Shown here piece by piece: positions 1 through 8,849 of a stretch of DNA of 64,000 nucleotides. Position 1 is the first letter of the stretch, and every line of letters begins with the position of its first letter. The position numbers were made by a program, and so were the translations under genes. Origin of the DNA: a bacterium (GTDB lineage: Bacteria > JAAXHH01); contig CBDAUD010000001.1 of assembly GCA_965200485.1 (NCBI GenBank), forward strand, positions 793,102 through 857,101, given 5' to 3'. The notes beneath the pieces are model-generated. The model was not told where the DNA came from and ran no database searches. It saw only the letters and a list, made by a program, of their open reading frames with translations.

Positions 1-1812
1 AAGTCCAATGAAATATCTCTTGCCCGCCTCGTAGTGTTGCAGAATGCCATCCACATTCGGTGTGTCCTCCCGATCTGCCGTAGCCCGAAGGCCCGCGAGC
101 ACTGCTTCGCTCAAACTCGGATCGCCCCGCAGATTTTTCCTAATGGCCCTTGGACCTTCGACGCCATTGAAATTGAAGAATGGTCCGAAATAGACCCGGG
201 CGAGATCATGAAGCAAGGCAGGCTTAGCACGATTCTCGCGCAGTGCCCCGGCACTGGCACGGATATGATCCAGTCTGTTTTTCTCCCTACGCCGTCGTTG
301 TTCGATGGCTTTTCTATGCCGTATCGACAATTCCTTCTCCCGATCAACGAATTGTCCGTCGACGGTGAAACTCTGTTTATCAGAGAGTTTATGCGCTTCC
401 AACCCCTCCGTTCCGCCGGATTGATACAGACCCCGGAGACCGTGGTCGACTGGAAGGGCCACATTGTACAGCCGCTCAGGAACATCAAACAAAAAATCGT
501 GTAAATCGGAACATCGTTTCACCCCTTCCAAGATGATGGCCTCGCAGACTGCGGGACGTTGCTCCAGCCAAGCGCGTATCTCGGACCTGATGCTGCCCAG
601 TTCCCTCAACCGGTGTCCGAAGTCGGCACTGCCAATCCCAAGCCACGCATAAAGACGTTCAATACAGACCGTGTCTCCGTGGGTTACCAATCCCCTCAGC
701 AGAAGTTCCATTACAAAGTCACCTGCCTGGCGGCTCTCGATCGCGATATACAGATCAGGGAGTCTGTGTACCAGACTGTCGAGGAGTTCGGCCATCTGGT
801 CACCGGAAGACCTTGCAAGAAGGTCATGCCGCCAGAAACAATCATACATTCCACCGCCAATATGCCGGGCTGATTCTCGCAGGTAGTCCCAGATGCTCGA
901 CGGTGGTATCCATTTTGGGTAAAGCTGTGACAGTATCGTTCCAAGCATTTCGTTTTCGGTATCCGGGACACGGCCTGCCTCGATTTCACCCAGTAGAAAC
1001 CGGAGCTTGTCTGTCTTGTAGCTTTCCGGACAGTTGTGCATGAATGCGATGAGCGCCGATCTGTTGACCCACGGCGATCTGTTTTTGTCTAGAACGATCT
1101 TAAAAAGAACGTCCGAAAGCCCGGGCAGTTGATCACCGAAACCCAGAATGCAGAGCACGAAATCGACGAATACTTCATGTATTTTCGCTGAGTTCGTATC
1201 TTCCAGAACCTCCCTCAGCGCAGATTCCATATCGGGCGTAGCAAGCGCGGAAAACGCCGGTGCTGCGTGGTATATACTTTCCAGTCTGGATACGTGATGC
1301 TTCAAAGCCGAGAGCAGTTCGCGTTTCTCTTCAAGCGAGAATCTCTGGATGTCTCCGTACAGCCCGACGCCCGTAGGGTCTCCTGAAATAAGCGCTCGCC
1401 TAGTCTCCACACAGTGGGACGCAAGCCAAGCGGACAAACCCCGAAGTTCGGAGACGACCATACCGTCTACCCCAATCAACAACGCAATAACGCGGCGTGC
1501 GGGGGGGGGGGGGGGGCCGCTCCCATGAGCCCGATAGCGTTGAGCCTGATCGGGACCGCCGCAGATGATCCAGCAAAGGTGTCTGCCCGCAAGAAACTCC
1601 GCAACGTGGCGGTGAACCGGCGTGAATCGACCTCCGGGCGACGCCTTAAACAACTTGGTGGACAGAGACGTCTTCAGTTCCTGTGGAAAGTCATACATGC
1701 AACGGTCCCAAGCGCAGTCCCAAGCAGGGTAGTCGGCGCACGCCCGATCGGAACCAGCGACATCATCCTGATTAAGGCAACGGGAGAAACCGGCGACGCC
1801 CGAAATCAGCAT
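1..1812 (-). CDS. Large helical protein with its 3' end off-window. It has a STAND/NACHT-type winged-helix-like motif near its start but no NTPase domain, so it is probably a 5'-truncated remnant.
   Basis: Manual minus-strand translation. With codon boundaries at 1,4,7... there is no TTA/CTA/TCA plus-strand triplet from 1 to 1863 (621 open codons). The upstream stop TAG is at 1864-1866 and the first ATG at 1812. It is absent from the ORF track because its stop lies left of the window; plus ORF 34..504 is its shadow. The motif GGRFTPVHRHVAEFLAGRHL resembles the F-x-H-x3-E(F/Y)LAA helix that follows NACHT/STAND NTPase domains. Confidence 0.6.
   Translation of the reverse strand, partial: MLISGVAGFSRCLNQDDVAGSDRACADYPAWDCAWDRCMYDFPQELKTSLSTKLFKASPGGRFTPVHRHVAEFLAGRHLCWIICGGPDQAQRYRAHGSGPPPPPARRVIALLIGVDGMVVSELRGLSAWLASHCVETRRALISGDPTGVGLYGDIQRFSLEEKRELLSALKHHVSRLESIYHAAPAFSALATPDMESALREVLEDTNSAKIHEVFVDFVLCILGFGDQLPGLSDVLFKIVLDKNRSPWVNRSALIAFMHNCPESYKTDKLRFLLGEIEAGRVPDTENEMLGTILSQLYPKWIPPSSIWDYLRESARHIGGGMYDCFWRHDLLARSSGDQMAELLDSLVHRLPDLYIAIESRQAGDFVMELLLRGLVTHGDTVCIERLYAWLGIGSADFGHRLRELGSIRSEIRAWLEQRPAVCEAIILEGVKRCSDLHDFLFDVPERLYNVALPVDHGLRGLYQSGGTEGLEAHKLSDKQSFTVDGQFVDREKELSIRHRKAIEQRRRREKNRLDHIRASAGALRENRAKPALLHDLARVYFGPFFNFNGVEGPRAIRKNLRGDPSLSEAVLAGLRATADREDTPNVDGILQHYEAGKRYFIGL
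1501..1516. repeat. Homopolymeric G16 tract (C16 on the coding strand)
   Basis: Read directly: c at 1500, sixteen g at 1501-1516, c at 1517. It is in frame inside the minus-strand ORF (five CCC Pro codons plus the last base of a GGC Gly codon). Confidence 0.95.
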
Positions 1813-1998
1813 GAGGGCACAAAGCCGTCCGGCGGCGTCAAGAATCTTGTCCGTCAGCGGGTTCTATATTGCGTGTCGAACCGAATTGCGTCAGAAGCCT
1901 TGCACGCGACAAGCACCAGTTTTACTACGCGAGATTCTCCTTCAAAACACGACTAACCTTGCAACGAACCGCATCGCGAACAACGAAATCGAACACCT

Positions 1999-2757
1999 GT
2001 GTTAAAGACTGCCGTCGTGCATCGCTCCGACACCAAACCTTGCCACAACCACGTTTCCCTGATCTCCGTTGTCGGGCTTGAAAAGTCGTTCCCGATGGGA
2101 GCCGACCGCATTCCCGCGCTCCGGGGCGTATCCGCCACTATTGACCGAGGCGAATATGTGGCCGTCACGGGCCAGTCGGGTTCGGGAAAATCCACTTTGA
2201 TGAACATCCTGGGCTGTCTGGACGTCCCGACGGCTGGCAGCTACGCACTTGATGGCCGGGAGGTCGGAGATCTGTCCGACGACGAACAGGCCTTCATCCG
2301 CAACCGCATGATCGGGTTCGTGTTCCAGGCCTTCAACCTGCTTCCGAGAATGGACGCGCTGCACAATGTGGAATTGCCGCTACTCTACAGTGGAGCGGAC
2401 GGCAACGAGCGGAAACGGCGATCGATGGAAGCCCTGGAAGCGGTCGGCGTGGGCGACCGGGCCCGACACAGACCCAATGAGATGTCAGGTGGACAGCGTC
2501 AGCGCGTTGCCATCGCCCGGGCCCTGGTCAACGAACCCTCCATCATACTGGCGGACGAGCCGACCGGGAACCTGGACAGCGGGACCGGGGAAGAGATCAT
2601 GGCGATATTCGATCGCCTAAATGGAGACGGCCATACCATTGTGCTCGTGACCCACGAGAAGCACATCGCTATGCATTGCAAGCGGATCATTCGGCTGAGC
2701 GACGGAGTGATCGAGGCTGATCGCAGGAGATCTAAGCCAGCGGGAAAGAATGCCTGA
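1999..2757 (+). CDS. ABC transporter ATP-binding protein (MacB/LolD/FtsE-like)
   Basis: ORF track 252 aa. Walker [10 protein letters not shown], signature [15 protein letters not shown], Walker [13 protein letters not shown]-loop VTHE. The conserved core starts at [10 protein letters not shown], so the true start may be an internal GTG near 2014. Confidence 0.9.
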   Translation: MLKTAVVHRSDTKPCHNHVSLISVVGLEKSFPMGADRIPALRGVSATIDRGEYVAVTGQSGSGKSTLMNILGCLDVPTAGSYALDGREVGDLSDDEQAFIRNRMIGFVFQAFNLLPRMDALHNVELPLLYSGADGNERKRRSMEALEAVGVGDRARHRPNEMSGGQRQRVAIARALVNEPSIILADEPTGNLDSGTGEEIMAIFDRLNGDGHTIVLVTHEKHIAMHCKRIIRLSDGVIEADRRRSKPAGKNA

Positions 2758-2779
2758 CTGCACTGCATAACTGCACTGC

Positions 2780-3188
2780 ATATTCACGCTCGATTTACGA
2801 AATCAGGAAAGGAGCATGATGGAAAACGCGCAACTCTGGCTTCAGCCTCTGATCCTGCTGACCGCCTTCGTCTTCTTCTGGCGCGAGGCGAAGGCCAACA
2901 GGCGGGAGCTGAAGGAAGATATCCGGGATGACCTCAACAAGATCGACGCGAGATTCAACCGTTTCGAGGATACCATATGGGAACGATTTGGCAAGGTAGA
3001 CGATCAGTTCGGAAAAGTAGACGAAAAGTTCGATCGTTTGGTGGAACATGTCCGGGAAGACGCCGGGAAAGTGGATGCCCGTTTCGACCGGCTCGAGCGC
3101 ATTTTGCTCAGGCGCGAGAAATGACCCGCTCTCATGCCAACGCCCGGCCCTGTTCATCGCCCTATGCTACGTGATCGGGATCCTGCTG
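2780..3188 (+). repeat. Direct repeat copy A (small coiled-coil gene plus a copy of the first ~18 codons of comEC)
   Basis: Manual nucleotide alignment with 3395-3748. Long identical runs include ggaaaacgcgcaactctggcttcagcctctgatcctgctgaccgccttc and aacgcccggccctgttcatcgccct. Copy A carries about 57 extra nt (19 codons) inside the coiled-coil part. Confidence 0.85.
2816..3124 (+). CDS. Small N-terminally membrane-anchored coiled-coil protein with KVDxxFDRLE-type repeats (paralog A)
   Basis: ORF track 102 aa. AGGAG lies directly upstream of the ATG. Hydrophobic helix LWLQPLILLTAFVFFW is followed by charged repeats NKIDARFNRFE / GKVDDQF / GKVDEKFDRL / GKVDARFDRLE. No family recognised. Confidence 0.65.
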   Translation: MMENAQLWLQPLILLTAFVFFWREAKANRRELKEDIRDDLNKIDARFNRFEDTIWERFGKVDDQFGKVDEKFDRLVEHVREDAGKVDARFDRLERILLRREK

Positions 3189-3302
3189 TTTGTCTGGCGT
3201 AGTCTCGATATCCGGATATCTCAACTCGATATACGCTTGGGCGATCGTATCGCCCACCTTGATGAAAGGGTTTCGCAGATCGAAGAAAGGATCGCTGCCT
3301 AG
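3048..3302 (+). CDS. Doubtful chimeric ORF: a comEC-like first TM helix (QRPALFIALCYVIGILL) fused to an LDxR-repeat coiled-coil tail
   Basis: ORF track 84 aa. The copied comEC ATG (3134) is out of frame because of one extra c (atgCcaacg versus atgcaacg at 3695) and terminates at 3200-3202. The long frame only has a Met at 3048, which overlaps the preceding gene. The tail is SLDIRISQLDIRLGDRIAHLDERVSQIEERI. Confidence 0.3.
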   Translation: MSGKTPGKWMPVSTGSSAFCSGARNDPLSCQRPALFIALCYVIGILLFVWRSLDIRISQLDIRLGDRIAHLDERVSQIEERIAA

Positions 3303-3394
3303 ACGAGCGTGTATCCTGGATAGAAGGCCTGCTTGGCGCGTTCGTACAGATAAGCAACCCCTTTGAATCGGAAACGAAGGCCTGACCGAACGGG

Positions 3395-3748
3395 ATATTA
3401 ACGCTCATCAACGAACTCAGGGATGGAAACAACATGGAAAACGCGCAACTCTGGCTTCAGCCTCTGATCCTGCTGACCGCCTTCATTTTCTTCTGGCGCG
3501 AGGCGAAGGCCAGCAGGCGGGAACTGAAGGAGGACATCCGGGATGAACTCAATAAAATCGACGCTCGGCTCGGAAAAGTAGACGAAAAGTTCGATCGTTT
3601 GGAAGACCATATCCGGGATGACGCCGGAAAAGTGGATGCCCGCTTCGACCGCATCGAGCGCATGCTGTTCAATCAAGAGAAATGACCAGCGCTCATGCAA
3701 CGCCCGGCCCTGTTCATCGCCCTGTGCTACGTAATCGGCATTCTGCTG
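3395..3748 (+). repeat. Direct repeat copy B (small coiled-coil gene plus the authentic comEC start)
   Basis: See copy A. Similarity begins about 35-40 nt upstream of the small-gene ATG and ends at ctgctg, 18 codons into comEC. Confidence 0.85.
3434..3685 (+). CDS. Small N-terminally membrane-anchored coiled-coil protein (paralog B)
   Basis: ORF track 83 aa. Near-identical N-terminus to 2816..3124 (MENAQLWLQPLILLTAFIFFWREAKA) and the same GKVDEKFDRLE / GKVDARFDRIE repeats. Confidence 0.7.
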   Translation: MENAQLWLQPLILLTAFIFFWREAKASRRELKEDIRDELNKIDARLGKVDEKFDRLEDHIRDDAGKVDARFDRIERMLFNQEK

Positions 3749-6208
3749 GGCCACCACGTTGCGGTTTCCCCGGTGCTTTTTGCGCTGTGTTCCATGGCGT
3801 TGATCACGGCGGGTTACGCGCTCTATCGAACCCGCGGGTATGACGATTTCTCCCTCCGTTTCTGCATGGCTCTGTGCCTCGTTTTCTCGGGCGCCTTGTG
3901 GTACGCGGTGCAGATGCGGGTCGTGCCTTCGAACGACATCCGGCGATTCTGCGACCAACGGCACCGACATGTGCTGACCGGGACCATTGTCCGGTCGCCC
4001 GAGGTGAGAGACCGCTACACGGTGGTCACCGTGGACGCGGATTCCATCTCGCTGGGAAACGCGGGGCGGAAGCGCGAGAGCGCGAATCGGGCGACGACCC
4101 GTCCGATTGGCATGGCGCCTGGCTCCCGGCGCATGTTGCCTGTAATGGGAAGGCTGCAGATACGCCTGAACCGCGACATTGCAGCCGGCGGATACGGCGA
4201 TCGGGTCCTTGTTGCGGGAAGGCTGCGCAGTCCGCAACCCGCCCGCAATCCGGGTGGGTTCGATGCGCGCACCTACTATACAAGCAGGGGCGTCTACGCG
4301 TTAATGAGCGTGCGCGACGCGGCAGGCTATCAGGTGACGCTCCGCAATCGATCGCTCTCGTGGCAGACTGCGGTAATTGATCCGCTGCGCGACAGTATAG
4401 ACCAGACCATAGACCGGACCATGCGGGGCGATTCCGCGGCTCTGCTGAAGGGCATCCTCCTGGGTAAGCGTCGGGAGTTGCCGGAGGACCTGCTTAATGC
4501 CTTCAGAACGATCGGGCTGGCGCATATTCTGGCTGTATCCGGATTGCACGTCGGCCTGATCACCCTGGTAATCTATACCCTGCTGTTCGTCATGAGGCTG
4601 CCGAGGCCGTTCATCGTGACCGGCACGCTGGGCGTCCTGATCCTCTATGCCTTCATCACCAACCTTACGCCGTCGGTAATTCGGGCCACGATCATGGCGG
4701 GACTGTTCCTGGTGGGCAAGCAGCTGGATCGCCAGACGGACACCGTCAATATCCTAGCCGTCGCAGCCATCGCCATACTTTTTATCTGGCCCTCGGCGCT
4801 TTTCGATCTGAGCTTCCAGCTCTCCTTCCTTGCGACCTACGCCATCATCGCCGGTTATCCCAGGCTGAAGGAATTGCTGCCGGAACGGTTTTCCAGATCG
4901 GAAAAATGGTGGGCTCGGTGGCTCAGGGACGGTCTGCTGGTCTCCGTTGCGGCGCAATTGGGCACACTGCCCGTGATCGCGGGCACCTTCTATCAGGTAT
5001 CCTGGATGTCGGCCGTCGCCAATCTCTTCATCGGCCCACTGGTCTTCCTGAACACGACCTTCGGCGTCCTCACGGTCCTGACCGGTCCATTGATCATCGA
5101 AGTCGCCCGTGTATTCAGCGCCGCAAACGCGTTGGTTCTGTCCGCCATGATCCATCTCTCGAAGACCTTTTCCAGCGTACCTACCGCGCTGGTAGAGGTA
5201 TCGGCGCCTTCGCCGCTGTTTTTCGTGTCTTTCTATGCCGCGGGCCTGCTCATACTGTGGAATCCGGACGGGTCCGGGCGGCGCCGGACGCGGCTGGGTC
5301 TGGTCGCCGGATCCATCTTGGTCTTCGGTTACGGACTCCTGCCGGAACGCGTGCTCGAAGTCACCGTCCTCGACGTGGGTCAGGGCGACGCCATCTTCAT
5401 TGCCTGTCCCAATGGGAGGACCCTGCTGGTCGATGGCGGCCCCAGCTCGCCCGCATACGACGCCGGAGCGCGCGTCATCTTGCCTTTCCTGCGCGCGAAG
5501 GGCTATCGCCGCGTGGATACGATGATCGTAACCCATCCTCACCTAGATCATTACGGCGGACTTTCGGCCGTGGTGGAATCCGTGGAAGTAGGCGAGATCT
5601 TCTCAAGCGGCGTCACGTCGGCATCCGGTTCCTACCGCGCCTGGCGCGAGACCGTCGCGCGACACGGCATCCCCTTCCACACGGTGGTCAGGGGCGATAC
5701 CCTAACGGCGCTGGACGGCGTGCACGGCGTTTTCCTCCATCCCGACAGGTTCTTCGTATCCGGCGCGTCCAAGACAGACGCCAACGATGTATCCGTGGTG
5801 CTGCGCCTGTCCTACGGCGCCTTCAGCATGCTGCTGACCGGCGACATCGAGGAGAAGGCGGAGTACGCGGTGCTCCGCACACCGGCCGAGCTGCAAAGCA
5901 CGGTGCTCAAGTCGCCCCATCACGGCAGCGTCACATCGAGCGGAATCGCCTTCCTGAAGGCAGTCGACCCGCAGGCCGTGGCCGTCTCCGTTGGCCGTAT
6001 CAACGCCTTCCGCCATCCTTCGCCCCAGATTATTGAGCGATACAGGCAGCGGGGAGCGGAAGTGTATCGAACGGACCTGGGCGGCGCCGTCATCATCCGC
6101 AGCGACGGAAACGACTGGGAGATGGCGTCCTTCGCGCCGCCTGCACCCATCGGCCCTTCTCCCAGACAGGTACTGGAGGGCTTTCTCCTGACGGGAAACC
6201 TCCGGTAG
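3695..6208 (+). CDS. comEC: DNA internalization-related competence protein ComEC/Rec2
   Basis: ORF track 837 aa. Polytopic membrane core (LAHILAVSGLHVG), an N-terminal OB-like region and a C-terminal metallo-beta-lactamase domain (VLDVGQGDA, VTHPHLDHYGG, SPHHGS). Confidence 0.9.
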   Translation: MQRPALFIALCYVIGILLGHHVAVSPVLFALCSMALITAGYALYRTRGYDDFSLRFCMALCLVFSGALWYAVQMRVVPSNDIRRFCDQRHRHVLTGTIVRSPEVRDRYTVVTVDADSISLGNAGRKRESANRATTRPIGMAPGSRRMLPVMGRLQIRLNRDIAAGGYGDRVLVAGRLRSPQPARNPGGFDARTYYTSRGVYALMSVRDAAGYQVTLRNRSLSWQTAVIDPLRDSIDQTIDRTMRGDSAALLKGILLGKRRELPEDLLNAFRTIGLAHILAVSGLHVGLITLVIYTLLFVMRLPRPFIVTGTLGVLILYAFITNLTPSVIRATIMAGLFLVGKQLDRQTDTVNILAVAAIAILFIWPSALFDLSFQLSFLATYAIIAGYPRLKELLPERFSRSEKWWARWLRDGLLVSVAAQLGTLPVIAGTFYQVSWMSAVANLFIGPLVFLNTTFGVLTVLTGPLIIEVARVFSAANALVLSAMIHLSKTFSSVPTALVEVSAPSPLFFVSFYAAGLLILWNPDGSGRRRTRLGLVAGSILVFGYGLLPERVLEVTVLDVGQGDAIFIACPNGRTLLVDGGPSSPAYDAGARVILPFLRAKGYRRVDTMIVTHPHLDHYGGLSAVVESVEVGEIFSSGVTSASGSYRAWRETVARHGIPFHTVVRGDTLTALDGVHGVFLHPDRFFVSGASKTDANDVSVVLRLSYGAFSMLLTGDIEEKAEYAVLRTPAELQSTVLKSPHHGSVTSSGIAFLKAVDPQAVAVSVGRINAFRHPSPQIIERYRQRGAEVYRTDLGGAVIIRSDGNDWEMASFAPPAPIGPSPRQVLEGFLLTGNLR

Positions 6209-6311
6209 CGCTGAAAGAACGGGAGGTGGTATGCGGCCGCGACGCGCAGGTCCGGGATGACGACGATATAGAAAGCCTGGAAGAAGGATACGCGACAAGG
6301 CGGTTCGACAT

Positions 6312-8783
6312 TCATTCGTACCTGAGCGCTTCGACCGGATTCGAGCGGACCCCCTTCAGGACGTACGCACAAACCGCGGCCGTCGCGATGACCATCACGG
6401 CAAGTCCGACCGACAGGAAGAGTGCCGGCGACGGCGCCGTGCGATAGGCGAAGTCCTGAAGCCAGCTCGTCATGACCCAATAGGCCGCCGGCCAGGCGAT
6501 CAGGGTGGCCCCTGCCGCCATGACCACGAACTCCTTCGACAGCATCCATACGATCTGCGGCAACTCTGCGCCGAGGATCTTCCGGACACCGATTTCCTTA
6601 GTCCGCTGGCGCAGCGTCAGCGAAACCAGATTCAAAACGCCCAGGGCAGTCAGCAAAGCCGCGAGCATTGCGCATACCACGAGAATCCTTCCGAGACGTC
6701 CAACCGGTTCGTACATCCGATCTATGTTGTCTTCCAGGAAGGTATAAGTCAGCGGCACCTGCGGAAAATGAGACTGCCAGATCCTCTTCAGGTCCTCTAT
6801 GGCGGCGGCTTCGTTTCCGGCCTGCAGGCGTACCAGCATGTACGTGCCGTTGCTCGCCCGATAAACCAGCGGTTCAACGGGGTGGGACAGAGACCGGAAA
6901 TGAGTATCTTCGACCACGCCGACTATTCTCGCCGGACGTCTCGAGCCGCCCCAGATCATATCGATTCTGCGGTCCGTGGCGGCTTCGGGCGAAGTGAACC
7001 CGATACGCCGGGCCGCCGTTTCATTCAGCGCCACCTCCCGGACAGGGGGAACAGGGGGTCTGAACCCGGAGGCCTGAGCCTCGGCCAAGCTGAAGATCAC
7101 CGGCACGGCAGGTTTGGGGTACGCGCCGAAGACGAGATCCACACCCAGCGTCTCGAAAAAGGCCTCGTCGACATCTAGGATACGCATGAAATCAGGCCCG
7201 GCCGTATTCCGTTCGTCGACTACGCGAACCATGGTTTCGAGGAGCGCCCCTCTACCCGGCGGCAAACCCGGCACGTAGCCCGAAAAAGCGACATCGGTTA
7301 TGTACGGCGATCTGACCATTTCGTTTTTCAACGTTTGACTCTTCTGTTCAATTCTGCCGTCCGCGGTGATTTTGATTCCGCCGGAGAAGAATGCCAATGT
7401 CAGAGGACTTACGATCAGCCCCCGCTTGTCGAAGCCCAGCGGCTGATCCAGCATATAACGCAATTGTCCGTAGACCACGCCGGTGCTGGTGATCAGTATG
7501 CCGGACAGGACAAACTGCGCGGTTACGAGGGCGCGCTTGAGAAGCGGATAGTCGAACGTGGCGCTGATCCGGTTGCTCAGCGCGTCCATCGGCCGGACAC
7601 CGGACAGGACCAGGGCGACCCCGCCTCCGGAGACAAGCCCCGTAAAGGCGGCCACGGCGAACAGGCCAGTCAAAACGGCGCCCTGCTCGGTGAAATCGAG
7701 GGACAACGCCTTCCCGGTCAGTGCGTTGAACGCAGGCAGGGCAAGGTGCGCCAGCACAATGACGAGCATCAGGTTCAGCCCCGAAATCAACATGGAGCCC
7801 GTTACGTGTTGCAACGCCGTATGAACGCGACCGGCGCCGAGTATGTTCATCAGACCCGCTTCCTTTATGCGGGCCGCCGCGTGGACCAGAGAGAGGTTGA
7901 TGAAGTTGCCTTGGGCGATCAACAGCAGAAAAACGGCGCCGGTAACGAGGATGTAGATGTACGTGATACTGCCGTTTGTCTCAAGTTCATTGATCAGATT
8001 CGAATAGAGATGGATAGAGGTCACCGGCTGCAACTCGAAGAGGTCGTTCTGCATGCCCCTGATATTCGCGGGATTGATCTCGGTGTCTACGTAGGCCTGC
8101 AGCCTCGACGCCACCACAGGCGCGGCGGCCCCGTCGTGCAACCTCAGGTACGTGTAGTAGTTCGCAGTCCCCCAGTGCTGATCCACGCCTTCCGCTTCTC
8201 CCTGGGTAAAGGAGAGGAACAGGTCCGCGGTGAAATGGCTATGGGTCGGAAAATCCTCCATGACGCCCGAAATCGTAAAATGAAAGGTGTTGTCCAAGCG
8301 CAACACCTTTCCCACAGGGTCGTCGTTGCCGAAGTATTTCCTGGCCATCGACTCTGAAACAACGGCTTTGTCCGGACCTGTCAACGCGGTTGCGGGATCT
8401 CCGCTGACGAAGGGGATGGTGAATACGTCGAACAGCGAACCTTCCGTCCAGTAGACCCGTTCTTCGTAGGCCTCTATATCATCCGATGCCACAAGCCAGG
8501 TGGCAATGGTCGATCGCAAGCGGACCGCTTCCGAGACCTCCGGGAAGTACTGCTTGAGATAGGCGGCCGGGGCGGCCGGCGTGCGCGCGTTATGGTCGGT
8601 GGTCAGTCGAAAAAGGTTGGCAGCGTGTTGATGATGCCGGTCGTAAGACAATTCGTCTTCGACATACAGCATCGTCAACACGCAAGCCGTCATGGCGATG
8701 GTCAGCCCACAGAGGTTGAGCGCCGTGTGGGACCTGTGTTTGAGCAAGGACCGCAAGGCAAGCATGAGGTGATGGGAGAACAT
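6312..8783 (-). CDS. ABC transporter permease with duplicated FtsX/MacB-type domains
   Basis: ORF track 823 aa. N-terminus MLALRSLLKHRSHTALNLCGLTIAM, two membrane modules each followed by a large periplasmic domain, and a C-terminal RTKEIGVRKILGA motif typical of FtsX-family permeases. Confidence 0.85.
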   Translation of the reverse strand: MFSHHLMLALRSLLKHRSHTALNLCGLTIAMTACVLTMLYVEDELSYDRHHQHAANLFRLTTDHNARTPAAPAAYLKQYFPEVSEAVRLRSTIATWLVASDDIEAYEERVYWTEGSLFDVFTIPFVSGDPATALTGPDKAVVSESMARKYFGNDDPVGKVLRLDNTFHFTISGVMEDFPTHSHFTADLFLSFTQGEAEGVDQHWGTANYYTYLRLHDGAAAPVVASRLQAYVDTEINPANIRGMQNDLFELQPVTSIHLYSNLINELETNGSITYIYILVTGAVFLLLIAQGNFINLSLVHAAARIKEAGLMNILGAGRVHTALQHVTGSMLISGLNLMLVIVLAHLALPAFNALTGKALSLDFTEQGAVLTGLFAVAAFTGLVSGGGVALVLSGVRPMDALSNRISATFDYPLLKRALVTAQFVLSGILITSTGVVYGQLRYMLDQPLGFDKRGLIVSPLTLAFFSGGIKITADGRIEQKSQTLKNEMVRSPYITDVAFSGYVPGLPPGRGALLETMVRVVDERNTAGPDFMRILDVDEAFFETLGVDLVFGAYPKPAVPVIFSLAEAQASGFRPPVPPVREVALNETAARRIGFTSPEAATDRRIDMIWGGSRRPARIVGVVEDTHFRSLSHPVEPLVYRASNGTYMLVRLQAGNEAAAIEDLKRIWQSHFPQVPLTYTFLEDNIDRMYEPVGRLGRILVVCAMLAALLTALGVLNLVSLTLRQRTKEIGVRKILGAELPQIVWMLSKEFVVMAAGATLIAWPAAYWVMTSWLQDFAYRTAPSPALFLSVGLAVMVIATAAVCAYVLKGVRSNPVEALRYE

Positions 8784-8849
8784 GGTGTTGCGCGCTCCGC
8801 GTCAAAGCAAACCGGACTGCCGACCTTTCAGGGTATCTACCGTTAAAAA

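Noticed and set aside
1414-1956. Plus-strand ORF (180 aa) reading the G16 tract as poly-Gly
   Set aside because: It overlaps the much longer and better-textured minus-strand ORF, and its translation is Arg/Gly/Ser-rich with no motifs. It is most likely a non-coding frame.
1999-8783. The MacB-like ATPase (1999-2757) and the FtsX permease (6312-8783) as a split operon interrupted by insertion of comEC
   Set aside because: The two genes are convergent, not co-oriented, and no insertion scars, repeats or mobile genes flank comEC. Partnership cannot be inferred from this window alone.
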